From positions 321,441-385,440 of the forward strand of contig JANVYR010000002.1 of assembly GCA_030059665.1 (NCBI GenBank): a DNA stretch of 64,000 nt, read 5' to 3'. Shown in pieces: positions 46,921 to 56,546 of this stretch. Below the pieces are notes generated by a model, which was not told where the DNA came from, made no database searches, and worked only from the letters and a program-made list of their open reading frames with translations. Position numbers and translations under genes: made by a program. Origin of the DNA: Candidatus Calditenuis fumarioli (GTDB lineage Archaea; Thermoproteota; Nitrososphaeria_A; Caldarchaeales; Calditenuaceae). Positions within the stretch are counted from its first letter, which is position 1. The number at the start of each line of letters is the position of its first letter.

Positions 46921-48234
46921 ATGAGGCGACGTCGAGTCATCATAATGGGCGCTGCCGGAAGGGACTTCCACAACTTCAACGTCCGCTACAGGAGCGACCC
47001 GAGCTACGAGGTCGTGACCTTCACCGCAGCGCAGATCCCGGGCATCGCCAACAGGGTCTACCCCTACCCCCTCTCCGGAGAGCTTTACCCGAACGGGATA
47101 CCGATCCACGACGAATCGGAGCTTCCGAGGCTGATCGAGCGGTATGAGGTGGAGGAGGTGGTCCTGGCCTACTCGGACCTCTCCTTCCAGGAGGTGATGG
47201 AGAAGGCATCCCTCGTCATCTCGCGCGGCGCCGACTTCGTCCTCTTGGGGCCCAGATCCACGTGCCTCAGATCGAATGTCCCTGTGGTCGCCGTGACGGC
47301 CGTCAGGACGGGGGCCGGGAAGAGCACGGTGACCAGATACGTCGTCCGGCTCCTGAAGCGGTCGGGCAGAAGGGTCGTGGTGGTGAGGCACCCGATGCCC
47401 TACACGGACCTCAGACATCCCGTCCAGAGGTTCAGCAGCTACGAGGACCTGGACAGGTACAACTGCACCTTCGAGGAGAGGGAGGAGTACGAGCCCCACA
47501 TCCGCGAGGGGAACGTGGTCTACGCCGGCGTGGACTACGCCGAGGTCCTCAAGGCAGCCGAGCAGGAGGCGGACGTGATCGTCTGGGACGGAGGAAACAA
47601 CGACTTCCCCTTCTTCTGGCCCGACGTCCACATCGTCGTGGTCGACGCGCTCAGACCCGGTCACGAGCGGAGCTACCACCCAGGGATGGCCAACCTCCTG
47701 ATGGCCGACGTGGTTGTGGTCAACAAGGTGAACGCCGCTCAGAGGGAGAGCGTCGATGCGGTCGTCAGGTCCGTGAGGGAGCTGAACCCGAGGGCGCGGC
47801 TCCTCCTCGCTGGAGCGAAGGTCGTGCTGGAGGACGGCGAACGGCTCAGGTCGAAGAGGGTCGTGGTGATCGAGGACGCGCCGACGGTCACGCACGGAGG
47901 GATGCCGCACGCTGCAGGTTACGCGGCTGCGACCGAGGCCGGGGCCGTGATCTTGGACCCGAGGCCCTTCGCGGTGGGGAAGGTTGCAGAGGTCTACAGG
48001 GCCTACCCCCATATAGGTCCGGTCCTTCCGTCACTGGGCTACACCGATGAGCAGAGGAGGGACCTGGAGGAGACGCTGCGCAGGATCGACTGCGACCTCG
48101 TGGTGAACGCCTCACCCACCGACCTCTCGAGGGTCCTCCGGACGGGGAAGAGCTTCGTGAACGTGGGGTACGAGCTCGAGCTCCTCGGTCCCGACGCGAT
48201 CAGCGATGCGCTGAAGGAGAAGGGATTGCTGTGA
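46921..48234 (+). CDS. DUF1611/cyclic-2,3-diphosphoglycerate-synthetase-like P-loop protein
   Basis: N-terminal Rossmann-like segment (VIIMGAAGRDFHNF) and a central Walker A (RTGAGKSTV). Confidence 0.45.
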   Translation: MRRRRVIIMGAAGRDFHNFNVRYRSDPSYEVVTFTAAQIPGIANRVYPYPLSGELYPNGIPIHDESELPRLIERYEVEEVVLAYSDLSFQEVMEKASLVISRGADFVLLGPRSTCLRSNVPVVAVTAVRTGAGKSTVTRYVVRLLKRSGRRVVVVRHPMPYTDLRHPVQRFSSYEDLDRYNCTFEEREEYEPHIREGNVVYAGVDYAEVLKAAEQEADVIVWDGGNNDFPFFWPDVHIVVVDALRPGHERSYHPGMANLLMADVVVVNKVNAAQRESVDAVVRSVRELNPRARLLLAGAKVVLEDGERLRSKRVVVIEDAPTVTHGGMPHAAGYAAATEAGAVILDPRPFAVGKVAEVYRAYPHIGPVLPSLGYTDEQRRDLEETLRRIDCDLVVNASPTDLSRVLRTGKSFVNVGYELELLGPDAISDALKEKGLL

Positions 48235-48266
48235 CGTCCGCTCTGCGCCCCTTCCCTCGGGGAGAC

Positions 48267-48274
48267 TTTTTACG
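48267..48274 (+). promoter_or_regulatory. TATA-like element (CTTTTTAC) ~25 nt upstream of SRP RNA 5' end; may also act as T-stretch terminator for the upstream gene
   Basis: The only AT-rich element in a GC-rich spacer. Confidence 0.3.
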
Positions 48275-48295
48275 CGAGGCAATTACCCACCTGAT

Positions 48296-48630
48296 GGAGG
48301 CGGCGGGTAGGGCCAGGGGGCTAGCCCTCCCCTTCCCGTAGCGGACCCGAAACGGGCTCACGCGGGGGCCAGCAACCGGCGGCGTACGGCCGCGTTGCGG
48401 GGCTAGGGAAGGCAGGGGGCGGATGAGCGCGCGTCCCGGTGGAGGCGGGTAGGGCCCCACGCCCTCCGTAGGGAGGGCCTCTGGGGTCCGCGCGCGCCGA
48501 ACCGCGTCAGGCCCGGGAGGGAGCAGCGCTAAGGCGCGGCTCGCCTGCTGCCGGGAAAACGTGCGGGACGCTGCCGGCCTGACCGATCCCCGCACCGCGA
48601 CCGGAAACCGCCGGAGCCGCCGCCTCCTAA
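48296..48630 (+). ncRNA. Signal recognition particle RNA (7S/SRP RNA)
   Basis: Helix-8 motif GUCAGGCCCGGGAGGGAGCAGCGCUAAGGCGCGGC matches the 4.5S/7S consensus GGUCAGGUCCGGAAGGAAGCAGCCAAGGCAG. An 11-bp terminal helix pairs GGAGGCGGCGG (48296-306) with CCGCCGCCUCC (48617-627). GGGCUAGCCC-type Alu-domain hairpins are present. Confidence 0.7.
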
Positions 48631-49994
48631 CGCTCTCCCCTTCTCACCGGCCTCACCAGCTGACCCCTCCGCGCGTCCTCCACCACCTCCCCCCGCTCCA
48701 TGACCACCTCACCCCGGACCACCGTGTAGACCGGCTTCCCCCTCACCCTGAGACCCTCGAAGGGCGTGACCTTGCTCTTGCTGTGGAGGCGATCGGCCCT
48801 GATGACCCATTCGGCGTCTGGGTCCACCAGCGTCAGGTCTCCGTCCGAGCCTATCGTGATCGAGCCCTTCCTCGGGTAAAGGCCCCAGATCCGCGCCGGG
48901 TTCTCGGAGAGCAGGGCTGCAATTTTCTCGTAGCTGAGCCTGCCTTTGTGGACCTCGGTCAGCATCAGCGGAAGCATCGTCTCGACCCCGGGGAATCCGG
49001 ACGGCGCGGACCAGACGTCATCGACCATCTTCTCATGCGGAAGGTGAGGTGCATGGTCCGAACCGATCGCGTCCACCTCGCCCCTGGCTATTGCGTCCCA
49101 CAGGGCCTCCGCATCGGCCCTCCCCCTTATCGGCGGGTTGACCTTCGCGACGTTGCCGAGCCTACTCAGGGCATCCTCTCCGTCCAGCAGCAGGTAGTGG
49201 GGACAGGTCTCGACGGTGACATCGACGCCGAGCGGCCTGAGGGCCCTGATGACCTCGAGCGCGGCTGCCGAGGAGAGGTGGAAGACGTGAAGCCCGCAGC
49301 CGGCGAGCCTCGCCGCTAGCAGAGCCCTTCCCACCGCCAGGACCTCCGCCTCGACCGGCCTAGCCCTCATGTGGAGCAACGGGTTCCTCTGACCGGTGGC
49401 CCTCAGCTCCTCCCTCAGCCTCGAGATCGTCCTGCCGTCCTCCGCGTGGACCCCGACCCTCAGCCCCAGCGATGAAGCAACGCGCATGGTCCTGATCAGG
49501 TCCAGGTCGTCGACCGGCTCCCTGATGCCAGTGGTCTCGGACATGTAGACCTTGACGCCGACGACGCCCAGCTCCGCCAGCTCCCTGAGCTCCTCAACCC
49601 TCCCCGGGACCACGCCGGCGTAGAAGCCGAAGTCCACCAGGGACTTCCTCGATGCCGCCTCGAGCTTCGCCCTGAAGCCATCGGCGTCAACCGTTGGGGG
49701 ATCCGTGTTGGGCATGTCCAGGACCGTCGTGACCCCTCCCGCAGCGGCTGCCATCGAACCCGTCCTGAAGTCCTCCTTCCACTCGAGGCCCGGATCCCTG
49801 AAGTGGACGTGCTCGTCTATTATCCCTGGAAAAACCAGAAGACCGGACGCATCTATCGTCCTCTCTGCCATCGGCATCGATGCGCTGCTCCCGATCGCAA
49901 TTATGACGCCGTCCTCTACCCCTATCGAGGCCCTGAAGGTCCCTTTCGGCGTGACCACGAGGCCGTCCCGAACGAGGAGGTCGAGCGCCGTCAA
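48627..49994 (-). CDS. pyrC: Dihydroorotase-like cyclic amidohydrolase
   Basis: Metal ligands DEHVHF and HAED, the carboxylated-Lys region and GSDHAPH. Sits in an operon after pyrFE. Confidence 0.7.
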   Translation of the reverse strand: MTALDLLVRDGLVVTPKGTFRASIGVEDGVIIAIGSSASMPMAERTIDASGLLVFPGIIDEHVHFRDPGLEWKEDFRTGSMAAAAGGVTTVLDMPNTDPPTVDADGFRAKLEAASRKSLVDFGFYAGVVPGRVEELRELAELGVVGVKVYMSETTGIREPVDDLDLIRTMRVASSLGLRVGVHAEDGRTISRLREELRATGQRNPLLHMRARPVEAEVLAVGRALLAARLAGCGLHVFHLSSAAALEVIRALRPLGVDVTVETCPHYLLLDGEDALSRLGNVAKVNPPIRGRADAEALWDAIARGEVDAIGSDHAPHLPHEKMVDDVWSAPSGFPGVETMLPLMLTEVHKGRLSYEKIAALLSENPARIWGLYPRKGSITIGSDGDLTLVDPDAEWVIRADRLHSKSKVTPFEGLRVRGKPVYTVVRGEVVMERGEVVEDARRGQLVRPVRRGER

Positions 49995-51319
49995 GCCTCA
50001 CCCTTCGCCACGAGCTCGATGAAGCTCCAGAATTCGTCCGAGACGGTGCAGAGGGCGTGGAGCCTGACCCCCTCCGAGGCCAGAAGCTCCGAGGCACCCT
50101 CGTTCCTGTCCAGGACGACGAAGTAGTGCTCGATCGAGCCGCCGAGCTCCCGGATGGCCCTGACGCACGCCAGAGCCGTCGAGCCCGTGGTCGTGAGGTC
50201 GTCCACGCCAACGAACCTCTCGCCGGGCCTGACGACGCCCTCCACGCCCTTCCCGAGCCCGTGGTCCTTAGACCCCGACCTGTAGTAGACGAGGCCGGTC
50301 CTGAACCTGTCGGCCACGAGCGACGCTATGGGGATCCCTGCGGTCGCCGTGGTGGCGACCTTGAAGCCCCCGGTTCCCAGGACCCTCCTGATCCTCGAGA
50401 CCATCGCCCGAACTACCCTTTCCCGGTTCGTCGGGTCCGAGTAGAGCGCCCTGATGTCGAAGTAGTAGTGAGAGAGCCTGCCGCTGGAGAGCCTGATCGG
50501 CTCGCTGGACCTCACCACGACACCCTCCGCCGACGCGAGGGCCCTCGCAGCGGTGTAGAACTCCCTCATCGAACCGAGGGATTCGGCTACCTCCCTCGAC
50601 GCCTCAGCGGGATCCGGTGCCGACGTGACGCTCCTGCCGTAGACCGGCAGAACCCTCTCGCCTCCGTACATCGACGCGACCCTCGGGTCCCCGCCCTGCG
50701 CCCCCAACCCCGGTATCATGATCACCGCCTCCTCGCCCGCCCTCCTCCTGACGCGCCTGAGGACTGAGCCGTCGTCGCCCCTGCCGAGACCCACCACGTA
50801 GCCCTCGACGCCAGCGGAAACGGAGAGCTCGAGCATCACCTCATAGAGGAAGCGGCCGTCCTCGGTTCTGGTCCTGTAGACCGCCGCTGAGGACTCGGAG
50901 GACGGATGGACGAGCGCGAATGCGTGAAGCCCGGCCGACCTCGCCTCCCTCATTACGTGACCTGCGTTGCCGATGACCGGGTTGAAGGTGAACGCCTCGT
51001 ACCCGAGCTCGCGGATTGTCCTGATCCCGGCAGAGACCGTGTGGTCGACGTCGTTGAGCTTGCAGTCGTAGATCGCCATCATCTCCCTGGACCTGATCTC
51101 CTCAGTCAGAGATCTGTGCGCGCCCTCCGGAAGGCCCCTGACGAAGTTCTCGTTCACCTTGACCGCGACCGCGTGGCGCCAGACCTTCCTCACCGCATCT
51201 ATGCAGAAACCGTACCGGTCCTCGACTGTCCTGAACCTATCCGGTGGTGGGTCGAGCGCGACGCAGAGCGGAGAACCCTTCCTCGCCAGGAGGTCGTCGT
51301 AGACCTCGTGAAGCCTCAT
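49991..51319 (-). CDS. Bifunctional orotidine-5'-phosphate decarboxylase / orotate phosphoribosyltransferase (pyrF-pyrE fusion)
   Basis: ODCase motifs in the N-terminal half: VALDPP, DCKLNDV, IMIPGLGAQGG. OPRTase PRPP motif in the C-terminal half: VGVDDLTTTGST. Confidence 0.85.
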   Translation of the reverse strand: MRLHEVYDDLLARKGSPLCVALDPPPDRFRTVEDRYGFCIDAVRKVWRHAVAVKVNENFVRGLPEGAHRSLTEEIRSREMMAIYDCKLNDVDHTVSAGIRTIRELGYEAFTFNPVIGNAGHVMREARSAGLHAFALVHPSSESSAAVYRTRTEDGRFLYEVMLELSVSAGVEGYVVGLGRGDDGSVLRRVRRRAGEEAVIMIPGLGAQGGDPRVASMYGGERVLPVYGRSVTSAPDPAEASREVAESLGSMREFYTAARALASAEGVVVRSSEPIRLSSGRLSHYYFDIRALYSDPTNRERVVRAMVSRIRRVLGTGGFKVATTATAGIPIASLVADRFRTGLVYYRSGSKDHGLGKGVEGVVRPGERFVGVDDLTTTGSTALACVRAIRELGGSIEHYFVVLDRNEGASELLASEGVRLHALCTVSDEFWSFIELVAKGEA

Positions 51320-51399
51320 CCGATGGGCACCTTAGCAACGATCCAAAAAAGATGTGTGGGCGCGGAGGTGCGGCTGGAGATTGGCCCTGAACGGTCGTC

Positions 51400-51696
51400 T
51401 CAGACGCCGAGGACCTGGCGTATGATGGCCCTGTAGTCGACCTTCGCCACCTTCGATCCAGGAGCGGGCAGCTGGTAGATGATGGGAACGGTGACCGACC
51501 TCGCGAGCTCCGCGAGCCTCCTGGAGAACTCGGGACCGTACTCGTCGCTCACCAGCACGAGCCCCACGTCGCCCCTCCCGATCAGCGAGTTGACCGCCCT
51601 CATCGCCTCCTCCGGCGTCTCCGCGATGACCGCGCCAGCACCGGCCAGCTTCATCGCCGAGGTGAAGGCCCTCCCGCCTACAGCCACCACCCTCAT
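51400..51696 (-). CDS. A/V-type ATP synthase subunit F-like protein, fused onto liv operon
   Basis: MRVVAVGG..F..AMKLAGA...ETPEEA...PIIYQLP is collinear with archaeal AtpF. ATGA-type 4-nt overlap with the livM end. Confidence 0.6.
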   Translation of the reverse strand: MRVVAVGGRAFTSAMKLAGAGAVIAETPEEAMRAVNSLIGRGDVGLVLVSDEYGPEFSRRLAELARSVTVPIIYQLPAPGSKVAKVDYRAIIRQVLGV

Positions 51697-52766
51697 CCCT
51701 TCCCCTCAACCCGCTCGCTCGCGGTTCTTGAGGCTTTTCTGTCCTCCGAGAGGACGTCGTAGAGCGGCGTCTTGACGGGCCTCTCCTCGATCAGGCCCCT
51801 AGGCCTGTAAAGCAGGAAGAGGACTATCAGCGCGCCGGTTACCGCGTAGCGGACGTAAGAGATGTCGAACGGCACGTGGATCCCGAAGAGCGCGAGGGTG
51901 CTGGCCTGGGAGAGGCGTTCTATGACCGACATCAGGAGGGCCCCCACCACGACGCCCAAGTTGTTGGCGACGCCGCCGACGATCACCATCGTCAGCACGA
52001 AGAAGGTCAGCGAGGGTATGAAGTCGTCCGGGAAGATCGCCTGCGAGTAGAACGTGTAGAGCGATCCCGCGATGCCCGCCAACCCGGATCCTATGAACAA
52101 TACCCGGCCCCTAACGGCAGCGACGTCCTTGCCCAGCGAGTAGGCCGCGAGCTCGTCGTCCCTGACCGCCTTCATCACCCTCCCGAAGGGGGAGTTGGAG
52201 AGCCGCTCCACTAGGATCAGCACGAGGAGCGTGATCAGCGCCACCGTAACGAGGTAAGCAGCCGTGGTCGCCATGGGGTCCCGAAGGAAGACGAACGGGT
52301 TGGCTATGCCGGAGATCCCGAAGACCCCCCCGACGAGGGGCTCGTAGGTCCTGACGAAGACCCTAGCGGCCTCGCCGAATATCAGGAGGGCTATCGAGAG
52401 GGTGGGGCCCTTCAGGGCCAGTGCGGGATAGCTCGCAAGGTATCCGAGGAGGCCCGCTACGAGGCCGCTGGCAACCAGAGCAGCTGCGAAGAGGCCTAAC
52501 GCGAGGGCCGGATCCGAGGCCGCGAGCTCAACCCTCCTAGCGGCGGAGACCGCCGACAGGGGGTCCTCTATCCCGAGGACGGCGTCGTACGTCCGTGTAA
52601 CGAGGACCGCCGTCACGATGCCTCCCACGAAGTAGAACAGGACCTTTCCCAGGTTGGGTATCCCCGTGTAACCGTACTCCAGGTTCGTGCTGAGGGCGAG
52701 AATAGCGTAGATCATCAGGTAGAAGAGGAAGCTCGTCGCGAGGACGAAACCGCCCTCCGGGATCAC
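51693..52766 (-). CDS. livM: Branched-chain amino acid ABC transporter permease LivM
   Basis: LivM core. GTG start at 52766 overlaps the livH stop, forming GTGA. Confidence 0.85.
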   Translation of the reverse strand: MIPEGGFVLATSFLFYLMIYAILALSTNLEYGYTGIPNLGKVLFYFVGGIVTAVLVTRTYDAVLGIEDPLSAVSAARRVELAASDPALALGLFAAALVASGLVAGLLGYLASYPALALKGPTLSIALLIFGEAARVFVRTYEPLVGGVFGISGIANPFVFLRDPMATTAAYLVTVALITLLVLILVERLSNSPFGRVMKAVRDDELAAYSLGKDVAAVRGRVLFIGSGLAGIAGSLYTFYSQAIFPDDFIPSLTFFVLTMVIVGGVANNLGVVVGALLMSVIERLSQASTLALFGIHVPFDISYVRYAVTGALIVLFLLYRPRGLIEERPVKTPLYDVLSEDRKASRTASERVEGKG

Positions 52767-53662
52767 GCCTCGACCACCGCCCTGAGCCTCGTCCTGTTGC
52801 GGTACAGCAATGCGACCACGATGGCCAGGTACGGTATCAGGGGTTTGTATGCGGTCGGGACCGACAGGCCCCTCGATAGGGCCCACATCCCAAGGTTCTC
52901 CGAGAAGCCGATGACGAAACCGCCGATCAGGGTGAGGGGGAAGCTGGTGAAGTTCCCGATGATGGAGGCGCTGAAGACCCATAGAAGGAGCCTCCAGCCG
53001 GACTCGGGGTTGATGCTGGTGTAGTAGGCCCAGAGGGCTCCCGAGATGCCCGCGAAGAGCCCGACCAGGACCCGCGTGAACCTCCGTATCCTCCACACGG
53101 GTATGCCGGTGGAGACGGCCAGGTCCCTGTTGCTCGCTATCGCCCGCATCCCCTTACCGATCTTGGTCCTGAGGGTGAGGTAGGTGAGGGCGGCCACGCT
53201 CGCCGAGAGGGAGGCGATCGCGATCAGGTGGAGGTTCGTGAGGGGCCTGTTACCGACGTAGACGATGGGGATTAGCCGGAAGCCCGACGAGAGGAAGAGG
53301 AGGTCCCTTACGTCGGCCGCGATCGAGAGCAGGTACCTGATCAAGAGCGTCAAGCCAATTGTGGCTATGAAGACCTGGAGCTCCGTGGCCCCTCTCCGCT
53401 CGAGGGGTTTGATGGCCAGCTCATCGGTCAGGAGCGTCAAGGCGGCACCGGAAAGCCCAGCGGCCAGCATCGACGTGATGGGGTCGAGGCCGCTCAGCGT
53501 CAGCAGCGCAGCCACGTAGCACCCAACCGTGATGTACTCGCCGATCGCGAAGTCCGCGTACCTCAAAACAAGGTAGTTCAGGGTCAGGCCCGTGGCCGCG
53601 ATGGCGTAAAGCGAAGAAGCGAGCAGCGATATCGGTATCTGCCCCAGCGCCTCCTCTATCAC
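52763..53662 (-). CDS. livH: Branched-chain amino acid ABC transporter permease LivH
   Basis: LivH family, 299 aa. Confidence 0.85.
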   Translation of the reverse strand: MIEEALGQIPISLLASSLYAIAATGLTLNYLVLRYADFAIGEYITVGCYVAALLTLSGLDPITSMLAAGLSGAALTLLTDELAIKPLERRGATELQVFIATIGLTLLIRYLLSIAADVRDLLFLSSGFRLIPIVYVGNRPLTNLHLIAIASLSASVAALTYLTLRTKIGKGMRAIASNRDLAVSTGIPVWRIRRFTRVLVGLFAGISGALWAYYTSINPESGWRLLLWVFSASIIGNFTSFPLTLIGGFVIGFSENLGMWALSRGLSVPTAYKPLIPYLAIVVALLYRNRTRLRAVVEA

Positions 53663-53692
53663 GGGATCCGTAACGCTGAGCTGCAGATAATT

Positions 53693-54406
53693 CTAACGTT
53701 GCGAAGTCTGGAAGAAAACGGAACGTAGGTCTGCCCTCGAGATTTCGGGGCTCGGGCCGCTCAGGGCTATTCTGCCTCCCACCATGACCACCGTCCGGTC
53801 GGAGTGTTTGAGCGCCTTCACCGCGTGCTGCTCGATCAGGACGATCGTCAGCCCCATCGCCCTCATCGCATCGATCTTCTGGTAGACCCGCTCGACGAGC
53901 TTTGGCGCGAGACCCGCTGAGGGCTCATCGAGGATCACGAGCTTCGGCGACATCATGAGGAGCCTGGCCATGGCGACCATCTGGCGCTCGCCGCCGCTCA
54001 TCGTGCCGGCCCTCTGGGAGAGGCGCCCCCTGATCTCCGGGAACAGCTCCAGCACCTCCTTCATCCTCACCTGAAGCTCGTGACGCCCGAGGTGGTAGCC
54101 GCCCATCTCCAGGTTCTCCTGCACCGTCAGGTCCGGGAAGACGTTTCTAGTCTGGGGGAGGTAGCCGATCCCCAGCAGGGCCCTGCGCTCCGGCGGCAGC
54201 CCGGTGACCTCGATGCCGTCGAACCTGATGGACCCAGAGAAGAGGGTCGTGAGGCCGACGACGGTCTTGGCAAGGGTGCTCTTGCCCGATCCGTTGGGGC
54301 CGATGACCGCCAGCGTCTCCCCCTTCTCCACCCTCAGGTCCACGTCCCTGATGATCGGTATCTTGCCGTAGCCCGCGACCACCCCGGAGACCTCGAGGAC
54401 GCTCAA
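53693..54406 (-). CDS. livF: Branched-chain amino acid ABC transporter ATPase LivF
   Basis: Walker A GPNGSGKST, signature LSGGERQ. Confidence 0.9.
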   Translation of the reverse strand: MSVLEVSGVVAGYGKIPIIRDVDLRVEKGETLAVIGPNGSGKSTLAKTVVGLTTLFSGSIRFDGIEVTGLPPERRALLGIGYLPQTRNVFPDLTVQENLEMGGYHLGRHELQVRMKEVLELFPEIRGRLSQRAGTMSGGERQMVAMARLLMMSPKLVILDEPSAGLAPKLVERVYQKIDAMRAMGLTIVLIEQHAVKALKHSDRTVVMVGGRIALSGPSPEISRADLRSVFFQTSQR

Positions 54407-55164
54407 CCCACCTCACCACCCAGGTACGCCTCAACTACCCTTCTGTCCTTGGTCACTCCGTCAGGGTCACCGTCGTAGATCAGGCGGCCTTCATGCATGA
54501 CCATCACCCGCTGGACGTATTCGAAGAGGATGTCGAGCCGGTGCTCGATGACGATGAAGGTGGTTCCCAGCTCCCGGTTGATCCTGACCAGCGTGCTGAA
54601 TATGTCGTGCGCCAGAGGCACCGCCACTCCAGCCGCAGGCTCGTCGAGCAACACCAGCTTACCGCCTCCCATGATGGCCCTGCCGATCTCGGTCAGCTTC
54701 ATCTGACCTCCCGAGACCTCCGAGCCCCAGCTCCTGGACACCTGGGAGAGCTTCAGGAACCCCAGCAGATCTCTGACCTTGCCCGCGAGCTCCAGCTCCT
54801 GCCCGACCCAGAGCCTCCGGAAGGGCGCTACGTGCGGCCTCTCCCCCCTCTGACCCTTGGCGGCCAGCATCAGGTTCTCCGCCACCGTGACCCTGTCGAA
54901 GGTCCTCGGGATCTGGAAGCTCCTGACGATGCCCTTCCGGTAGATTTCGTGCGGCGGCAGGCCGTCGATCCGCTCGTCCTCGAAGAGGATTTCGCCCGCG
55001 TCGGGCCTCAGGACACCGGAGATGAGGTTGAACAGCGTCGTCTTGCCGGAACCGTTCGGTCCTATGAGACCGACTACCTCGCCGCGCCGGACGGAAAAAG
55101 AGACGTCGTTTACCGCGACCAGTCCCCCGAACCTCTTCGTCAGCCCCCTGACCTCGAGGGACAA
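54403..55164 (-). CDS. livG: Branched-chain amino acid ABC transporter ATPase LivG
   Basis: Walker A GPNGSGKTT, signature VSGGQMK. Confidence 0.9.
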   Translation of the reverse strand: MSLEVRGLTKRFGGLVAVNDVSFSVRRGEVVGLIGPNGSGKTTLFNLISGVLRPDAGEILFEDERIDGLPPHEIYRKGIVRSFQIPRTFDRVTVAENLMLAAKGQRGERPHVAPFRRLWVGQELELAGKVRDLLGFLKLSQVSRSWGSEVSGGQMKLTEIGRAIMGGGKLVLLDEPAAGVAVPLAHDIFSTLVRINRELGTTFIVIEHRLDILFEYVQRVMVMHEGRLIYDGDPDGVTKDRRVVEAYLGGEVG

Positions 55165-55169
55165 GGACG

Positions 55170-56546
55170 CTAACCCGTCAGCTCGATTACCTCTGCCGGG
55201 TACCTCCAGACGCCTATGTCCGCGAAGGCGTACTTGCCTCCCACCTGTCTGTACTGCCAGATGACGTAGTCGGATCCCCTCGCGTCGCCGAACTGGTCGA
55301 AGGCCTTGTAACCCGTAACGCCGACGAACCGCTCCGCTACCACGGGCAGCGCTGCCCTTATCGCCTCACCGTCGTACTTGCCTGCATAGAGTATGGCCAT
55401 CGCCGCAAGCCAGACGGCGTCGTAGGTGAAGTAAGCGTAGGGCGAGGGGTCGCGGCCGAACTTGGCCCTGTAATCCTGCTCGAACTTCGTCACCAGCGGT
55501 CCTCCCCTCGGCGAGGCGAAGACGCCGGTGAGCTTCACCTGCCTCAGGAACTCGGCGATCTCGGGCGTGGCTTTCCCGTCTGGCGCCGGAAGGTACGCGG
55601 CCGGCCTCCTGAGCGTCTCCGACCCGAACCACCTGACGCCAGCGAGCGTTCTGTCGAGCCTTGCGTGACCCAGTATGTTGAGGCCGTCGTCCTCGAATGC
55701 GATGATCAGCACGGCCGTGTCAGCTCCTCCGCCGAGCTCGGAGACGATGGAGCTGAGCTGGGAGACCTCGGAGGCGTAGTCCGGCTGACCGACGGTGTAC
55801 AGGAGCTTCCTTACGGTTCCTCCGAACCTGTTGACGAAGGCCTTCTCGAAGGCGTCGGCGAGGCCCTTTCCGTAGTCGTCGTTCCTCGCTATGACGGCCA
55901 CCTTCTTGATCCCCTCCTTGGCCATGAGCTGGGCCAGCACGTTCCCCTGGAAGAGGTCCGTCGGGACCACCCTGAAGACGTAGTCGTCAGCGGCCAGCGC
56001 CGGGCTCGTGGAGGAAGGACTGATGATCACGACCTTGTTGGTATTCGCGAAGTCCATCACCCCCCTGACCTCGCCCGATGAGAAGGGACCCACGATGACC
56101 CTGATGCCAGCGGCGTACATTGACTGAACGACCTTCAGCGCGTCGGCTGCGGTCCCCTTCGTGTCGTCGTGGACGAACTTGAACCTGACCGGAGACCCGA
56201 TTGACTGGAGGTAGGCGTTGATGTGCTCGATCGCGAGCACGCCGCCATCCCTCCTCACGGGACCGTCCACCGCGTAGGGGCCGCTCACGGCCATCGCGAA
56301 TCCTATCGTGTACTCGATCGCGGAGGGCGCTGCTGTGACCGTGACTACTTGTGTGACCAGCTGGGTCTGGACGGCCGTTACGGTCCTGACAACGGTCGCG
56401 CCTCCGACCTCACGGGTAACGGTAACCGTCGAGGCGGCTGGAGAGGTAGTTGCGACGTATCCCAGGAGCGCCGCGAGAACGAGGATGACCACGATCAGAC
56501 CTGCGACCAGCGGCGTTATCCTTCCCGACCTAGAGGTCTTTCCCAT
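55170..56546 (-). CDS. livK: Leu/Ile/Val-binding protein family substrate-binding protein with N-terminal TM anchor
   Basis: Type-I periplasmic binding fold. ATG at 56546 (MGKTSRSGRITPLVAGLIVV). Confidence 0.8.
   Translation of the reverse strand: MGKTSRSGRITPLVAGLIVVILVLAALLGYVATTSPAASTVTVTREVGGATVVRTVTAVQTQLVTQVVTVTAAPSAIEYTIGFAMAVSGPYAVDGPVRRDGGVLAIEHINAYLQSIGSPVRFKFVHDDTKGTAADALKVVQSMYAAGIRVIVGPFSSGEVRGVMDFANTNKVVIISPSSTSPALAADDYVFRVVPTDLFQGNVLAQLMAKEGIKKVAVIARNDDYGKGLADAFEKAFVNRFGGTVRKLLYTVGQPDYASEVSQLSSIVSELGGGADTAVLIIAFEDDGLNILGHARLDRTLAGVRWFGSETLRRPAAYLPAPDGKATPEIAEFLRQVKLTGVFASPRGGPLVTKFEQDYRAKFGRDPSPYAYFTYDAVWLAAMAILYAGKYDGEAIRAALPVVAERFVGVTGYKAFDQFGDARGSDYVIWQYRQVGGKYAFADIGVWRYPAEVIELTG

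Noticed and set aside
45680-47500. Looked for a 16S rRNA gene upstream of the 23S 5' end
   Set aside because: The region encodes rhomboid protease and a P-loop protein. There are no 16S signature blocks.
48290-48630. Considered RNase P RNA for the GC-rich structured spacer
   Set aside because: No CR-I or CR-V P4 motifs (GGAAAGUCCGGGC / ACAGAACCCGGCUUA) are present. The SRP helix-8 consensus and terminal helix fit much better.
51693-53096. N-terminal 110 codons of the livM ORF
   Set aside because: It overlaps the livH 3' end in another frame and is His/Arg/Pro-rich. The conserved LivM sequence starts at the GTG at 52766, overlapping the livH stop.
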